Positions 1 through 8,963 of a stretch of DNA of 64,000 nt are shown here, one piece after another; position 1 is the stretch's first letter; the number at the start of each line of letters is the position of its first letter. The position numbers were made by a program, and so were the translations under genes. Under the pieces are notes generated by a model. That model did not search any database. It was not told the origin of the DNA and saw only the letters and a list, made by a program, of their open reading frames with translations. Where the stretch lies: sequence record MT129652.1; one strand, written 5' to 3'. This stretch comes from Escherichia phage MN01.

Positions 1-5
1 CTTGT

Positions 6-224
6 TTGATACTGCAACGGATAATATTATTTATGAGCAATTTTTTAACCGGGCAGCATTTACTGGCTGTCCCTGAAATTAAACGGTATGTGTTAGTTAA
101 TACCTTTTCGAAAGATGAACACCTTGTCACTGAACGTGACTTGCAAAACGCTTTCGGTGAAGAATATGTTAAAATAATCGCGAACAGACACAATGCCTGG
201 TTCGCATATGAATACTTTGATTAA
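6..224 (+). CDS. hypothetical protein (may be 5-prime truncated at window edge)
   Basis: 72-aa track ORF upstream of gene 45 cluster; no recognisable motif. Confidence 0.3.
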   Translation: MILQRIILFMSNFLTGQHLLAVPEIKRYVLVNTFSKDEHLVTERDLQNAFGEEYVKIIANRHNAWFAYEYFD

Positions 225-656
225 TTGATAATGAATAGAGAGAATATTATGAACAACGTAACTGCTAAAGATATCCAAGTTAAAACCATCCGCACTGACG
301 CTAACCCGCATAACCAAAACCGTGTGCGCAAATCCTGGGTTCTGGCCTGTGATGAAGCATCTGCTACCCGTCTGCAGTCTCTGCCGCAAGAAATTAAATT
401 CATGCTGTACGGTGTGATTGATACTGATGTATCTGATAAGTGGATTGAACTGATGCGTAATCACTACAACGATTCACTGGCTGCTGGTGCTAAACTGGTT
501 ATCGACCGTGACGGTTCCGAACGTCTTGAAGATGATTATTGCGTTAACTCTGACGACCATCTGGTGCAAGCTGGTTCTATTATTGCTGCACAACTTCCAG
601 AGTATATTGAATCTCTTCCGGAAGCTATCCGCAAACAAATGGCAGTTGTTGCTTAA
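225..656 (+). CDS. hypothetical protein (rpbA/45.x position)
   Basis: 143-aa ORF, alternative start at 249; sits where T4 has rpbA/45.1/45.2 upstream of gene 45. Confidence 0.5.
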   Translation: MIMNRENIMNNVTAKDIQVKTIRTDANPHNQNRVRKSWVLACDEASATRLQSLPQEIKFMLYGVIDTDVSDKWIELMRNHYNDSLAAGAKLVIDRDGSERLEDDYCVNSDDHLVQAGSIIAAQLPEYIESLPEAIRKQMAVVA

Positions 657-686
657 TTAATTTTGATTTGAATAAAAGGTAATTAA

Positions 687-1382
687 ATGAAATTCTCTAA
701 AGACACTATCGCAGTTCTGAAAAACTTCACTTCCATTTACTCTGGCATTATGCTTAAGCCAGGTAATACCATCCTGACTCGTTCCGTAACTGGAGCGTCA
801 TATGGCGAATCTGAAATCAATGATACAATTGACTTTGAAGCTGCGATTTATGACCTGAACGGCTTCTTAAGTATCCTGGGCCTGGTAACTGACCAAGCTG
901 AAGTATCTCTGGCTGAAGACGCATCAAACATCATTATCAAAGACCAACGTTCAACGATTCACTGGCCTGCAGCAGACCCGAGCACTATCGTGTTCCCTGC
1001 TAAGAAGATTCCTTTCCCGGTAGCTAAGGTTATCTTCGACCTGAAAGGTAGTGACCTGCAGCAGCTTCTGCGCGTGGCTGGTGGTTTGTCTCTGGATACT
1101 TTTGCAATCACCAACAAAGACGGTAAGATTGTTATCCATGGTTATAATCAGCTCGAAGATAAAGAGTTGGCGCGTCCATTGTATTCCCTGGTGTGTGGCG
1201 ACTACGAAGGCGATGCAGCGTTTAAATTTATCATTAACAAACTGAACATGAAAATGATTCCGGCTGATTACCGTGTTATGCTTTGGGCGAAAGATGATAA
1301 ATTTGCTACGAAGTTTGAAGGCACACAAGCAAGCTATGTGATTGCAATGGAACAAGGCTCTAGCCACGAATTCCAAGATTAA
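687..1382 (+). CDS. 45: DNA polymerase sliding clamp gp45
   Basis: 231 aa; close match to recalled T4 gp45 (LKNF..I.SGIMLK, AADPST, FEGxxAxYV); synteny 45-44-62. Confidence 0.92.
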   Translation: MKFSKDTIAVLKNFTSIYSGIMLKPGNTILTRSVTGASYGESEINDTIDFEAAIYDLNGFLSILGLVTDQAEVSLAEDASNIIIKDQRSTIHWPAADPSTIVFPAKKIPFPVAKVIFDLKGSDLQQLLRVAGGLSLDTFAITNKDGKIVIHGYNQLEDKELARPLYSLVCGDYEGDAAFKFIINKLNMKMIPADYRVMLWAKDDKFATKFEGTQASYVIAMEQGSSHEFQD

Positions 1383-1385
1383 TAA

Positions 1386-1403
1386 ATGGGGCTTCGGCCC
1401 CAT
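1386..1403 (+). other. intercistronic CUUCGG hairpin (no U-tract) between genes 45 and 44
   Basis: ATGGGGC-ttcg-GCCCCAT; tetraloop stability hairpin typical of T4 mRNAs. Confidence 0.5.
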
Positions 1404-1438
1404 GGAGTACAAAGTAGAAACTAATATGAGGAAAATAT

Positions 1439-2398
1439 ATGTTAACGGTTAATGACAAAGAATTCATGTGGGAACAAAAATACCGCCCAGGTACATTATC
1501 AGAGTGTATTCTTCCTGCTCATGATAAAGAAACATTAGAGGCGATTGTTAAAAAAGGTTTGATTCCTAACTTGATTCTGGTCAGTAGTTCCCCTGGTACT
1601 GGTAAGACAACAGTTGCGAAAGCTATGTGCGCGGATACAAATTCTGATATGCTGTTTGTTAACGGCTCCGATTGCCGAATTGACTTTGTGCGTAATGAAT
1701 TGACTCGCTTTGCATCGTCCAAATCAATCGAAGGACGCCGCAAGGTAATCGTTATCGATGAGTTTGACCGTGCAGGTCTGGCTGAATCACAACGACACCT
1801 TCGCAGCTTTATGGAAGCTTATTCAAGCAACTGTTCAATCATTATGACCGCGAACAATATCGATGGCATCATCACTCCGTTGCAGTCTCGTTGTCGCGTA
1901 ATTAAGTTTGGTGAAGCAACTCCGGCTGACCAGACTACTATGATGAAAGAGATGATTCATCGCGCAGTCGCGGTATGTAAAAATGAAGGCGTTGAAATCG
2001 AAGACCTGAAAGTTGTTGCTGCTCTGGTTAAGCATAACTTCCCGGACCTGCGTAAGACAATTAACGAACTTGACCGTTACTCTGCAAAGGGTGTTATCGA
2101 TTCCGGTATTCTGAGTATCGTGACAAACAATCGCACGCCAATTGATGATGTGATTGATGCCCTTAAGGACCGCAACTTTAAAGTTCTCCGTGGTCTGGCT
2201 CCTAAGCATGCAAATGATTATTCAAACTTCATTGCAAAGCTGGCTGATGAAATGTACGGCAAACTGACTGGTGCAAGCATTATCCGTATGTATGAGATTG
2301 TGGGTGAGAATAATCAGTACCATGGCATTGCAGCCAATACCGAAGTTCACTTGACTTATCTGTTTGCTCAACTGGCTGGGGAAATGAAATGGCTGTAA
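1439..2398 (+). CDS. 44: clamp loader large subunit gp44 (AAA+ ATPase)
   Basis: 319 aa, same length as T4 gp44; Walker A SPGTGKTT, DEFD Walker B. Confidence 0.92.
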   Translation: MLTVNDKEFMWEQKYRPGTLSECILPAHDKETLEAIVKKGLIPNLILVSSSPGTGKTTVAKAMCADTNSDMLFVNGSDCRIDFVRNELTRFASSKSIEGRRKVIVIDEFDRAGLAESQRHLRSFMEAYSSNCSIIMTANNIDGIITPLQSRCRVIKFGEATPADQTTMMKEMIHRAVAVCKNEGVEIEDLKVVAALVKHNFPDLRKTINELDRYSAKGVIDSGILSIVTNNRTPIDDVIDALKDRNFKVLRGLAPKHANDYSNFIAKLADEMYGKLTGASIIRMYEIVGENNQYHGIAANTEVHLTYLFAQLAGEMKWL

Positions 2399-2967
2399 GT
2401 CTCTTTGATGATGACGTTCAATTAAACGAACATGAGGTTGCGTGGAAATCACGCGACTTTAACAAAATTCAGGAATTGTCCGATTCATACAAAGAGAAAG
2501 CAGAAAATGAATTGTTCGCGATTCTTAATGACATAACCGTTAGCAAAAAACCACGGAACCTGATTCAATCGGAAAACTACAATAAATTCTGGTTGGAAAA
2601 CGCATTGAGTCAACATGTCGATTGCATTATGCAGGTGAATGTGATGAACTTAATCGGTTCCGGGTTAACAGACCAACAGCATTATAATTATTTGCTGCAT
2701 GCAGTTCCACAAGGCAAGCGTTATGGCAAATGGGCAAAGGCTGAGCCGGATGTGGTCAACGTCCAGCTTGTGTTAAAGCTTTTAATGAAATATTATACAA
2801 TTAATGCAGATGATGCTTTGATGTATATGGAAACATTGAAAGTCAAAGGTAGTCTTAAAGATGTTTTGAAAAAGACAAAAGGTCTGGTAACGGATGAATT
2901 CTTAAAGACCGTTACCAGTAATGTGAAAGAACAAAAAGAAATTAAAAAACAAATATTGGAATGGTAA
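2389..2967 (+). CDS. 62: clamp loader small subunit gp62
   Basis: 192 aa, overlaps 3-prime end of gene 44 as in T4; synteny. Confidence 0.8.
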   Translation: MAVSLFDDDVQLNEHEVAWKSRDFNKIQELSDSYKEKAENELFAILNDITVSKKPRNLIQSENYNKFWLENALSQHVDCIMQVNVMNLIGSGLTDQQHYNYLLHAVPQGKRYGKWAKAEPDVVNVQLVLKLLMKYYTINADDALMYMETLKVKGSLKDVLKKTKGLVTDEFLKTVTSNVKEQKEIKKQILEW

Positions 2968-2968
2968 A

Positions 2969-3337
2969 ATGATTGAAATTACATTAAAGCAACCTGAAGA
3001 CTTCCTGAAAGTTAAAGAAACTCTGACCCGTATGGGCATCGCAAATAATAAAGACCGTGTACTGTACCAGAGCTGCCACATCCTCCAGAAGCAAGGTCGT
3101 TACTATATTGTTCACTTCAAAGAAATGCTGCGTATGGATGGTCGTCAGGTGGATATTGATGGCGAAGACTATCAGCGCCGTGATTCCATCGCTCAACTGC
3201 TCGAAGACTGGGGCTTAATCGCTATCAAAGAAGAAGAGCATAATGAATTGTTCGCAGTAACAAACAACTTCCGTGTTATCTCCTTTAAACAAAAAGACGA
3301 CTGGAAGCTCGTAGCCAAATATACAATTGGTAATTAA
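2969..3337 (+). CDS. regA: translational repressor RegA
   Basis: 122 aa, near-identical to recalled T4 RegA (MIEITLK.PEDFLKVKETLTRMGIANNKD). Confidence 0.92.
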   Translation: MIEITLKQPEDFLKVKETLTRMGIANNKDRVLYQSCHILQKQGRYYIVHFKEMLRMDGRQVDIDGEDYQRRDSIAQLLEDWGLIAIKEEEHNELFAVTNNFRVISFKQKDDWKLVAKYTIGN

Positions 3338-3345
3338 TTTAAAGC

Positions 3346-3369
3346 AAAGGGACTTCGGTCCCTTTTGTA
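3346..3369 (+). terminator. rho-independent terminator/hairpin after regA (UUCG tetraloop)
   Basis: AAAGGGAC-ttcg-GTCCCTTT then TTTT; next to TATAAT upstream of gene 43. Confidence 0.55.
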
Positions 3370-3427
3370 GTATAATAGCGTCAAGTCATAAAACAAAAGT
3401 CAATCACTCGACTATAAAGGAAACCAA

Positions 3428-6142
3428 ATGCAAGAATTTTATTTAACTATCGAACAAATCGGTGACAATCTGCTCGAACGATATATTGACAAGAACGGTC
3501 ATGAACGTGTTCGTGAAATCCCTTATGCTCCATGCTTGTTTATGCACGCCCGCGAAGACCAGGCTGCAAAGTATACAGACATCTATAATAAAGGTTGTGT
3601 GAAAAAAGAATTCGATTCCATGCGTGATGCATCCCAGTGGATGAAGCGAATGAATGAAATGGGTCTCGAAGCTATGGGTATGGATGACTTTAAACTCGCA
3701 TACTTGTCCGACCGTTACCCGCACGAAATCAAATACGATTCAAGTAAAATCCGTGTGGCTAACTTCGATATCGAGGTGACATCTCCTGATGGGTTCCCTG
3801 AGCCGTCTGAAGCACGTCACCCTATTGATGCCCTGACACACTATGATTCGGTAGACGATAAATTCTATGTCTTTGACCTTTTGAGCTCACCATACGCCAC
3901 TGTGGAGCAATGGTCTATCGATATTGCTGCCAAGCTGCAAGAAGATGGCGGCGATGAAGTCCCTGAAGAAATCCTGGAAAAAATTGTTTATATGGCTTTC
4001 GATTCAGAAGAAGAAATGCTCCAGCAGTATTTGGTATTCTGGAACGAGAAAACTCCGGTTATGTTAACTGGTTGGAACATCGAGAAGTTTGATATTCCAT
4101 ATATCTACAACCGCCTTAAAAATGTATTTGGTGAAGCTACGGCAAAACGTCTGAGTCCACATCGTCGTACAAAAGTTAAGGTCATTAACAACGGTTTCGG
4201 TGAAGAACAAGAAATCATTCAGATTCTGGGTATCTCTGTTCTGGATTATCTGGACCTGTATAAAAAGTTCAGCTTCACAAACCAACCGTCTTATTCGTTG
4301 GATTATGTTGCGGAATCTGAACTGGGTGTTGGTAAACTCCCGTATGATGGTCCGATTTCTAAACTGCGTGAATCAAATCACCAGCGGTATATTTCTTATA
4401 ACATCATTGACGTTTATCGTGTTGTGCAGATTGACCGTAAGCGGCAGTTTATTAACCTGAGTCAGTCAATGGGTTATTACGCAAAAATGCAGATTCAGTC
4501 TGTATTCAGCCCAATCAAAACTTGGGATGCGATTATCTTTAACAGCCTGAAGACTCAAAACAAAGTCATTCCGGAAACCAAATCGCATGTTCGTCAATCG
4601 TTCCCTGGTGCATTTGTTAAGGAACCGATTCCGAACGCATACAAATATGTAATGAGCTGTGACTTAACATCTCTGTATCCGAGCATCATCCGACAGATTA
4701 ACATCAGTCCAGAAACGATTGCCGGGTCATTTACACCAGCGCCGATGTATGAATACATTGCAGGAACTGCTGACCGCCCATCTGATACATTTAGTTGTGC
4801 TCCAAACGGTATGATGTATTTTAAAGATGTTGCGGGTATTATTCCGACAGAAGTCACCAAGGTGTTTAATCAGCGTAAAGAGCACAAAGGTTATATGCTT
4901 GCGGCTCAACGTAATGGTGAACTGATTAAGGAAGCCCTGCGTAATCCAGGAACTGGTACAACCGAGCCTGAAGTTGATTATCGTTATGACTTCGATGACA
5001 ATATGAAAACAACCTTGCACGGTCTGAATCAAACAGTTCTGAATGGTATGTTGTACAAAGCGCAGATGGAAGAAGTTGCAGGCATGACCGCACAGATTAA
5101 CCGTAAACTGCTTATCAACAGTTGTTATGGCGCTCTGGGTAATATCTGGTTCCGTTACTTTGACCTGCGAAATGCAACCGCGATTACATCTTTCGGACAA
5201 CTTGCATTGCAGTGGATTGAGCGTAAAGTTAACGAATATTTTGATAGTGTTTGCGGTACAAGTGGTGAAACATATGTATTCTATGGTGATACTGACTCCA
5301 TTTATATCCAGTGCGATAACCTGATTAAAAAGGTTGGTGGTGAATCTAAATTCCGCGATACAAACCACCTGGTTGACTTCATGGACAAGTTTGCGAAAGA
5401 CCGTTTGGAACCGGCAATCGATAAAGCTTTCCGTGAGCTGGCTGAATACATGAACAACAAACAGCACCTTATGTTTATGGACCGTGAAGCGATTGCATGT
5501 CCTCCGCTTGGTTCTAAAGGTGTTGGTGGATTCTGGACAGCGAAGAAGCGTTATGCTCTGAACGTGTACGATATGGAAGGCACACGATATGCTGTTCCGA
5601 AACTGAAAATCATGGGTCTGGAAACTCAAAAGTCGAGCACACCAAAAGCATGTCAGAAAGCTCTGAAAGAATGTATCCGCCGTATGTTGCAAGAAGGTGA
5701 AGAATCTCTGCAGACATACTTCAAGGAATTCAATAAGGAATTTAATGAGCTTAACTACATGACCATTGCAGGTGTATCATCGGTTAACAACATCCAGAAA
5801 TATAATGAAGGTGGTTTCCCTGGATTTAAGTGTCCGGCTCATATCAAAGGCGTGCTCGCTTACATGCGTGCAACCAAAGGGTTGAAGACTGTTCCACAAA
5901 TCATGGAAGGGGAAAAGGTGTATGTGCTTCCTCTTAAAGTTGGTAACCCGTTTGGCGAAACCGTGATTGCATGGCCATCAGGGATTGAACTCCCGATTGA
6001 AATTCGTGACCAAGTCTTGCAATGGATGGACTACAACACACTGTTCCAGAAGACTTTTGTTAAGCCATTGACAGGGTTCTCTGAAGCAGCTAAGGTTGAT
6101 TACGAGAAAAAAGCATCTCTTTTTGATATGTTTGACTTTTAA
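3428..6142 (+). CDS. 43: DNA polymerase gp43 (family B, 3-prime to 5-prime exonuclease)
   Basis: 904 aa; exo motif FDIE, pol motifs SLYPSII and YGDTDS; synteny. Confidence 0.95.
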   Translation: MQEFYLTIEQIGDNLLERYIDKNGHERVREIPYAPCLFMHAREDQAAKYTDIYNKGCVKKEFDSMRDASQWMKRMNEMGLEAMGMDDFKLAYLSDRYPHEIKYDSSKIRVANFDIEVTSPDGFPEPSEARHPIDALTHYDSVDDKFYVFDLLSSPYATVEQWSIDIAAKLQEDGGDEVPEEILEKIVYMAFDSEEEMLQQYLVFWNEKTPVMLTGWNIEKFDIPYIYNRLKNVFGEATAKRLSPHRRTKVKVINNGFGEEQEIIQILGISVLDYLDLYKKFSFTNQPSYSLDYVAESELGVGKLPYDGPISKLRESNHQRYISYNIIDVYRVVQIDRKRQFINLSQSMGYYAKMQIQSVFSPIKTWDAIIFNSLKTQNKVIPETKSHVRQSFPGAFVKEPIPNAYKYVMSCDLTSLYPSIIRQINISPETIAGSFTPAPMYEYIAGTADRPSDTFSCAPNGMMYFKDVAGIIPTEVTKVFNQRKEHKGYMLAAQRNGELIKEALRNPGTGTTEPEVDYRYDFDDNMKTTLHGLNQTVLNGMLYKAQMEEVAGMTAQINRKLLINSCYGALGNIWFRYFDLRNATAITSFGQLALQWIERKVNEYFDSVCGTSGETYVFYGDTDSIYIQCDNLIKKVGGESKFRDTNHLVDFMDKFAKDRLEPAIDKAFRELAEYMNNKQHLMFMDREAIACPPLGSKGVGGFWTAKKRYALNVYDMEGTRYAVPKLKIMGLETQKSSTPKACQKALKECIRRMLQEGEESLQTYFKEFNKEFNELNYMTIAGVSSVNNIQKYNEGGFPGFKCPAHIKGVLAYMRATKGLKTVPQIMEGEKVYVLPLKVGNPFGETVIAWPSGIELPIEIRDQVLQWMDYNTLFQKTFVKPLTGFSEAAKVDYEKKASLFDMFDF

Positions 6143-6143
6143 G

Positions 6144-6174
6144 TGTTTACAACGGCAAAGGACTGCCGTATGAT
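6144..6174 (+). promoter_or_regulatory. early sigma70-type promoter upstream of imm
   Basis: GTTTACA -35, about 18 bp, TATGAT -10; hairpin in spacer. Confidence 0.4.
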
Positions 6175-6211
6175 TACTCCATCAACTGATGATTAAATTA
6201 AGGATATTAAA

Positions 6212-6454
6212 ATGGAAACATTAATTGCAGGTACTGTTGTTCTTGGCGCTGGTTCTTTCTTCCTGGCTGCACTGGCATATTTTCTGCCGTGGATTATCGC
6301 ACTACTGCGAGGAACCAAAAGTAATTGCGGAATCTTCTTTGTTAACCTCCTGTTAGGTTGGACAATGGTCGGATGGTTTATTGCATTTATCTGGGCACTC
6401 GTTGCTGAGCGTAAATCAAACGCACAAGTAATTATCATCAAGGAAACCAAATGA
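6212..6454 (+). CDS. imm: superinfection immunity protein (Imm-like membrane protein)
   Basis: 80 aa, two TM helices, NLLLGWTxxGWxxAFIWAL motif; T4 imm position after gene 43. Confidence 0.65.
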   Translation: METLIAGTVVLGAGSFFLAALAYFLPWIIALLRGTKSNCGIFFVNLLLGWTMVGWFIAFIWALVAERKSNAQVIIIKETK

Positions 6455-6594
6455 AGATAATTACAATTATTGTACTGACTGCATTTTTTAGTATGTCAAT
6501 CTATTGGGCAATAATGACTCCGCATATGATTCCAACTTTAATTTTGGGTTGGGTATTTTTGGGACTCCAAGCTCGCTATGAATGTTTTAATTGA
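6451..6594 (+). CDS. small hydrophobic protein (47 aa)
   Basis: ATGA overlap with imm stop; hydrophobic; not in ORF track (below 60 aa). Confidence 0.3.
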   Translation: MKIITIIVLTAFFSMSIYWAIMTPHMIPTLILGWVFLGLQARYECFN

Positions 6595-6604
6595 GGAAAA
6601 TACA

Positions 6605-7108
6605 ATGAAAAAGTTAGCTATCGCAGCTGTTATGCTGCTATCTGGTTGTGCTTACCAGGGTGATGTTGTTAATGCCAACGAGATTGGTAAAGCGCGAATT
6701 GCTGCAGACCGTCAGGTGCATAATGGTTCCTTTGATTTCAAAGGTGGTACTGGACTTATCTACAAACGCGACAACAATCAATGTGGAAATAACTGCGCGA
6801 AATATGCTCAACGTGAAGTTGAATATCAGCGTGAACAAGCCGCGAAGCATGATGAAGTAATCGCTAAATTGGAAGCAGAAACCAAGCGACAAAATGACCT
6901 GGATACTGTTAACCAGATTTCACAGGTCTGCATGTCATATATCAATATGCAGATAAACATCATGCGTGCAGAAGCTTATCAGGCAGCGGAGACGGGTTCT
7001 CCAAAAGCCAATGAGTATCGCGATATGTATCAGCGTTCTGCTCAAAACCGTCTGAGCTATATTAATAAATGTGTAGCTAAAGAGAAAGCACGCCAAGGTA
7101 TTAACTGA
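6605..7108 (+). CDS. putative lipoprotein
   Basis: Signal peptide MKKLAIAAVMLLSGC with lipobox; SD GAGGAA upstream; track ORF 6578 trimmed to this start. Confidence 0.5.
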   Translation: MKKLAIAAVMLLSGCAYQGDVVNANEIGKARIAADRQVHNGSFDFKGGTGLIYKRDNNQCGNNCAKYAQREVEYQREQAAKHDEVIAKLEAETKRQNDLDTVNQISQVCMSYINMQINIMRAEAYQAAETGSPKANEYRDMYQRSAQNRLSYINKCVAKEKARQGIN

Positions 7109-7215
7109 TGCTATTATTACTTCTGATTGTTGGAACAGTAATTGGTTTGCTGCTATTAGAAAAGCGTAATAAGCATTTGGCTGAAGAAAACTGGAAACGT
7201 GGAAACGTTTACTAA
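7108..7215 (+). CDS. small membrane peptide (35 aa)
   Basis: Start overlaps preceding stop; single hydrophobic helix; speculative. Confidence 0.25.
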   Translation: MLLLLLIVGTVIGLLLLEKRNKHLAEENWKRGNVY

Positions 7216-7242
7216 ATTACTCTGAACTGCGAGAAAAATATT

Positions 7243-7371
7243 ATGATTGGTACGCTATTGATTAGTCTGTGGCTGTTGTCTGCATTTGGTATTGGTTTTA
7301 TGTACTGGTGGGACAAACGTCAGACCCGGAAGATTGTTGAACGTGCAATTAATCGTGGATTCAATCGTTAA
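7243..7371 (+). CDS. small membrane peptide (42 aa)
   Basis: Hydrophobic N-terminus then basic tail; speculative. Confidence 0.3.
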   Translation: MIGTLLISLWLLSAFGIGFMYWWDKRQTRKIVERAINRGFNR

Positions 7372-7397
7372 TTGCTCTAAAAATACAGTGATATAAT
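7372..7397 (+). promoter_or_regulatory. MotA-box middle promoter upstream of uvsX
   Basis: TTGCTCTAA, about 14 bp, TATAAT; T4 uvsX has a middle promoter. Confidence 0.4.
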
Positions 7398-7450
7398 TAT
7401 CCTATCTTAAACCTGTGAGAAAAATATAATGGTGCCTATGGAAAAAATGA

Positions 7451-8629
7451 ATGTCTATTGCAGATTTGAAATCCCGTTTGATTAAAGCTTCTACATCTAA
7501 AATGACTGCGACTCTTACCAAGTCCAAGTTTTTTAATGATAAAGATGTAGTTCGTACAAAAATCCCGATGCTGAACATTGCAATCAGCGGTGCACTAGAT
7601 GGTGGTATGCAGTCAGGTTTGACTATTTTTGCTGGTCCGTCAAAACACTTTAAATCCAATATGGGTTTAACGATGGTCTCTGCATATATGAACAAATACC
7701 CCGATGCAATCTGTTTGTTCTATGATTCAGAATTTGGTATCACAGAAGCATATCTTCGTGCAATGAAAGTAGACCCGGAACGTGTTATCCATACACCAAT
7801 CCAGTCGGTTGAACAATTGAAAGTTGATATGGTTAACCAGCTTGAAGCAATTGAGCGTGGTGAAAAAGTCATTATCTTTATTGACTCAATCGGTAACATG
7901 GCGTCGAAAAAAGAAACAGAAGATGCGATGAACGAAAAAGTCGTTGGCGATATGACTCGTGCTAAATCCCTGAAATCTCTGTTCCGTATTGTTACCCCAT
8001 ATTTTAGTATCAAGGATATTCCTTGTGTCGCGGTTAACCATACAATCGAGACGATTGAGATGTACAGCAAAACCGTTATGACCGGTGGTACAGGTGTTAT
8101 GTATTCTGCGGACACAGTATTCATTATCGGCAAACGCCAGATTAAAGAAACTGGTAAAGAACTTGAAGGTTTCCAATTTGTTCTGAACGCCGAAAAATCT
8201 CGTATGGTCAAAGAGAAAAGTAAATTCTTCATTGATGTAAAATTCGATGGTGGTATTGACCCGTATTCTGGTCTGCTTGATATGGCAATGGAAATCGGAT
8301 TTGTGGTGAAACCGAAAGTTGGTTGGTATAACCGTGAATATCTTGATGTTGAGACCGGTGAAATGGTCCGCGAAGAAAAATCATGGCGTGCAAAAGATAC
8401 TAACTGCACCGAATTCTGGGGTCCGTTGTTCAAGCACGAACCTTTCCGCGATGCAATCAAACGCCATTACCAACTGGGTGCAATCGATAGCAATGCTGTT
8501 GTTGATGCCGAAGTTGATGCGCTTATTGCCTCCAAGGTTGAAAAATACTCTGCTCCTGAAGGTAAGACAAAACCGTCTGCTGCAGATATCGAAAACGATT
8601 TAGATATGATGGAAGACCTTGATGAATGA
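7451..8629 (+). CDS. uvsX: recombinase UvsX (RecA-like)
   Basis: 392 aa; close match to recalled T4 UvsX (LKSRLIKASTSK, GPSKxFKSN Walker A). Confidence 0.93.
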   Translation: MSIADLKSRLIKASTSKMTATLTKSKFFNDKDVVRTKIPMLNIAISGALDGGMQSGLTIFAGPSKHFKSNMGLTMVSAYMNKYPDAICLFYDSEFGITEAYLRAMKVDPERVIHTPIQSVEQLKVDMVNQLEAIERGEKVIIFIDSIGNMASKKETEDAMNEKVVGDMTRAKSLKSLFRIVTPYFSIKDIPCVAVNHTIETIEMYSKTVMTGGTGVMYSADTVFIIGKRQIKETGKELEGFQFVLNAEKSRMVKEKSKFFIDVKFDGGIDPYSGLLDMAMEIGFVVKPKVGWYNREYLDVETGEMVREEKSWRAKDTNCTEFWGPLFKHEPFRDAIKRHYQLGAIDSNAVVDAEVDALIASKVEKYSAPEGKTKPSAADIENDLDMMEDLDE

Positions 8630-8963
8630 TATCGATTTATCTGATTTAGATAATTTCGAGAAAGATGCGGAGGGAGCTAAGGCTCCTTCTGTACCTTACT
8701 ACGAAAAAAGTTTGGAGATTATCCGGCAATCCATGGGAACTGTACGACAGGAAATTCTGTTATCACTCCCTGATGGGTCCAGTCACATCGTGTACGTAAC
8801 CGGAATTAAAATTGAACCATCTGGAAAAGTTTCAGTTGATTTCGGCACCCCTTCTGAAGACCGCAAAGCGGAGCTTGCAGTGCATGTAGAAAAGTGTGTT
8901 ACAATGCAAATACAAGATGAAATTGATAAGATTAAAATGAAAAAGAGGTGGTGGAAGTGGTAG
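8619..8963 (+). CDS. hypothetical protein at gene 40 position
   Basis: 114 aa between uvsX and 41 as T4 gene 40; no sequence recall to confirm. Confidence 0.5.
   Translation: MMNDIDLSDLDNFEKDAEGAKAPSVPYYEKSLEIIRQSMGTVRQEILLSLPDGSSHIVYVTGIKIEPSGKVSVDFGTPSEDRKAELAVHVEKCVTMQIQDEIDKIKMKKRWWKW

Noticed and set aside
4727-5692. 321-aa minus-strand ORF inside the DNA polymerase gene
   Set aside because: Antisense to a strongly supported conserved gene, Cys/His-rich junk-like composition, no RBS; typical shadow ORF.
7720-8460. 246-aa minus-strand ORF inside uvsX
   Set aside because: Antisense shadow of a conserved gene; low-complexity Ser/Ile-rich translation.
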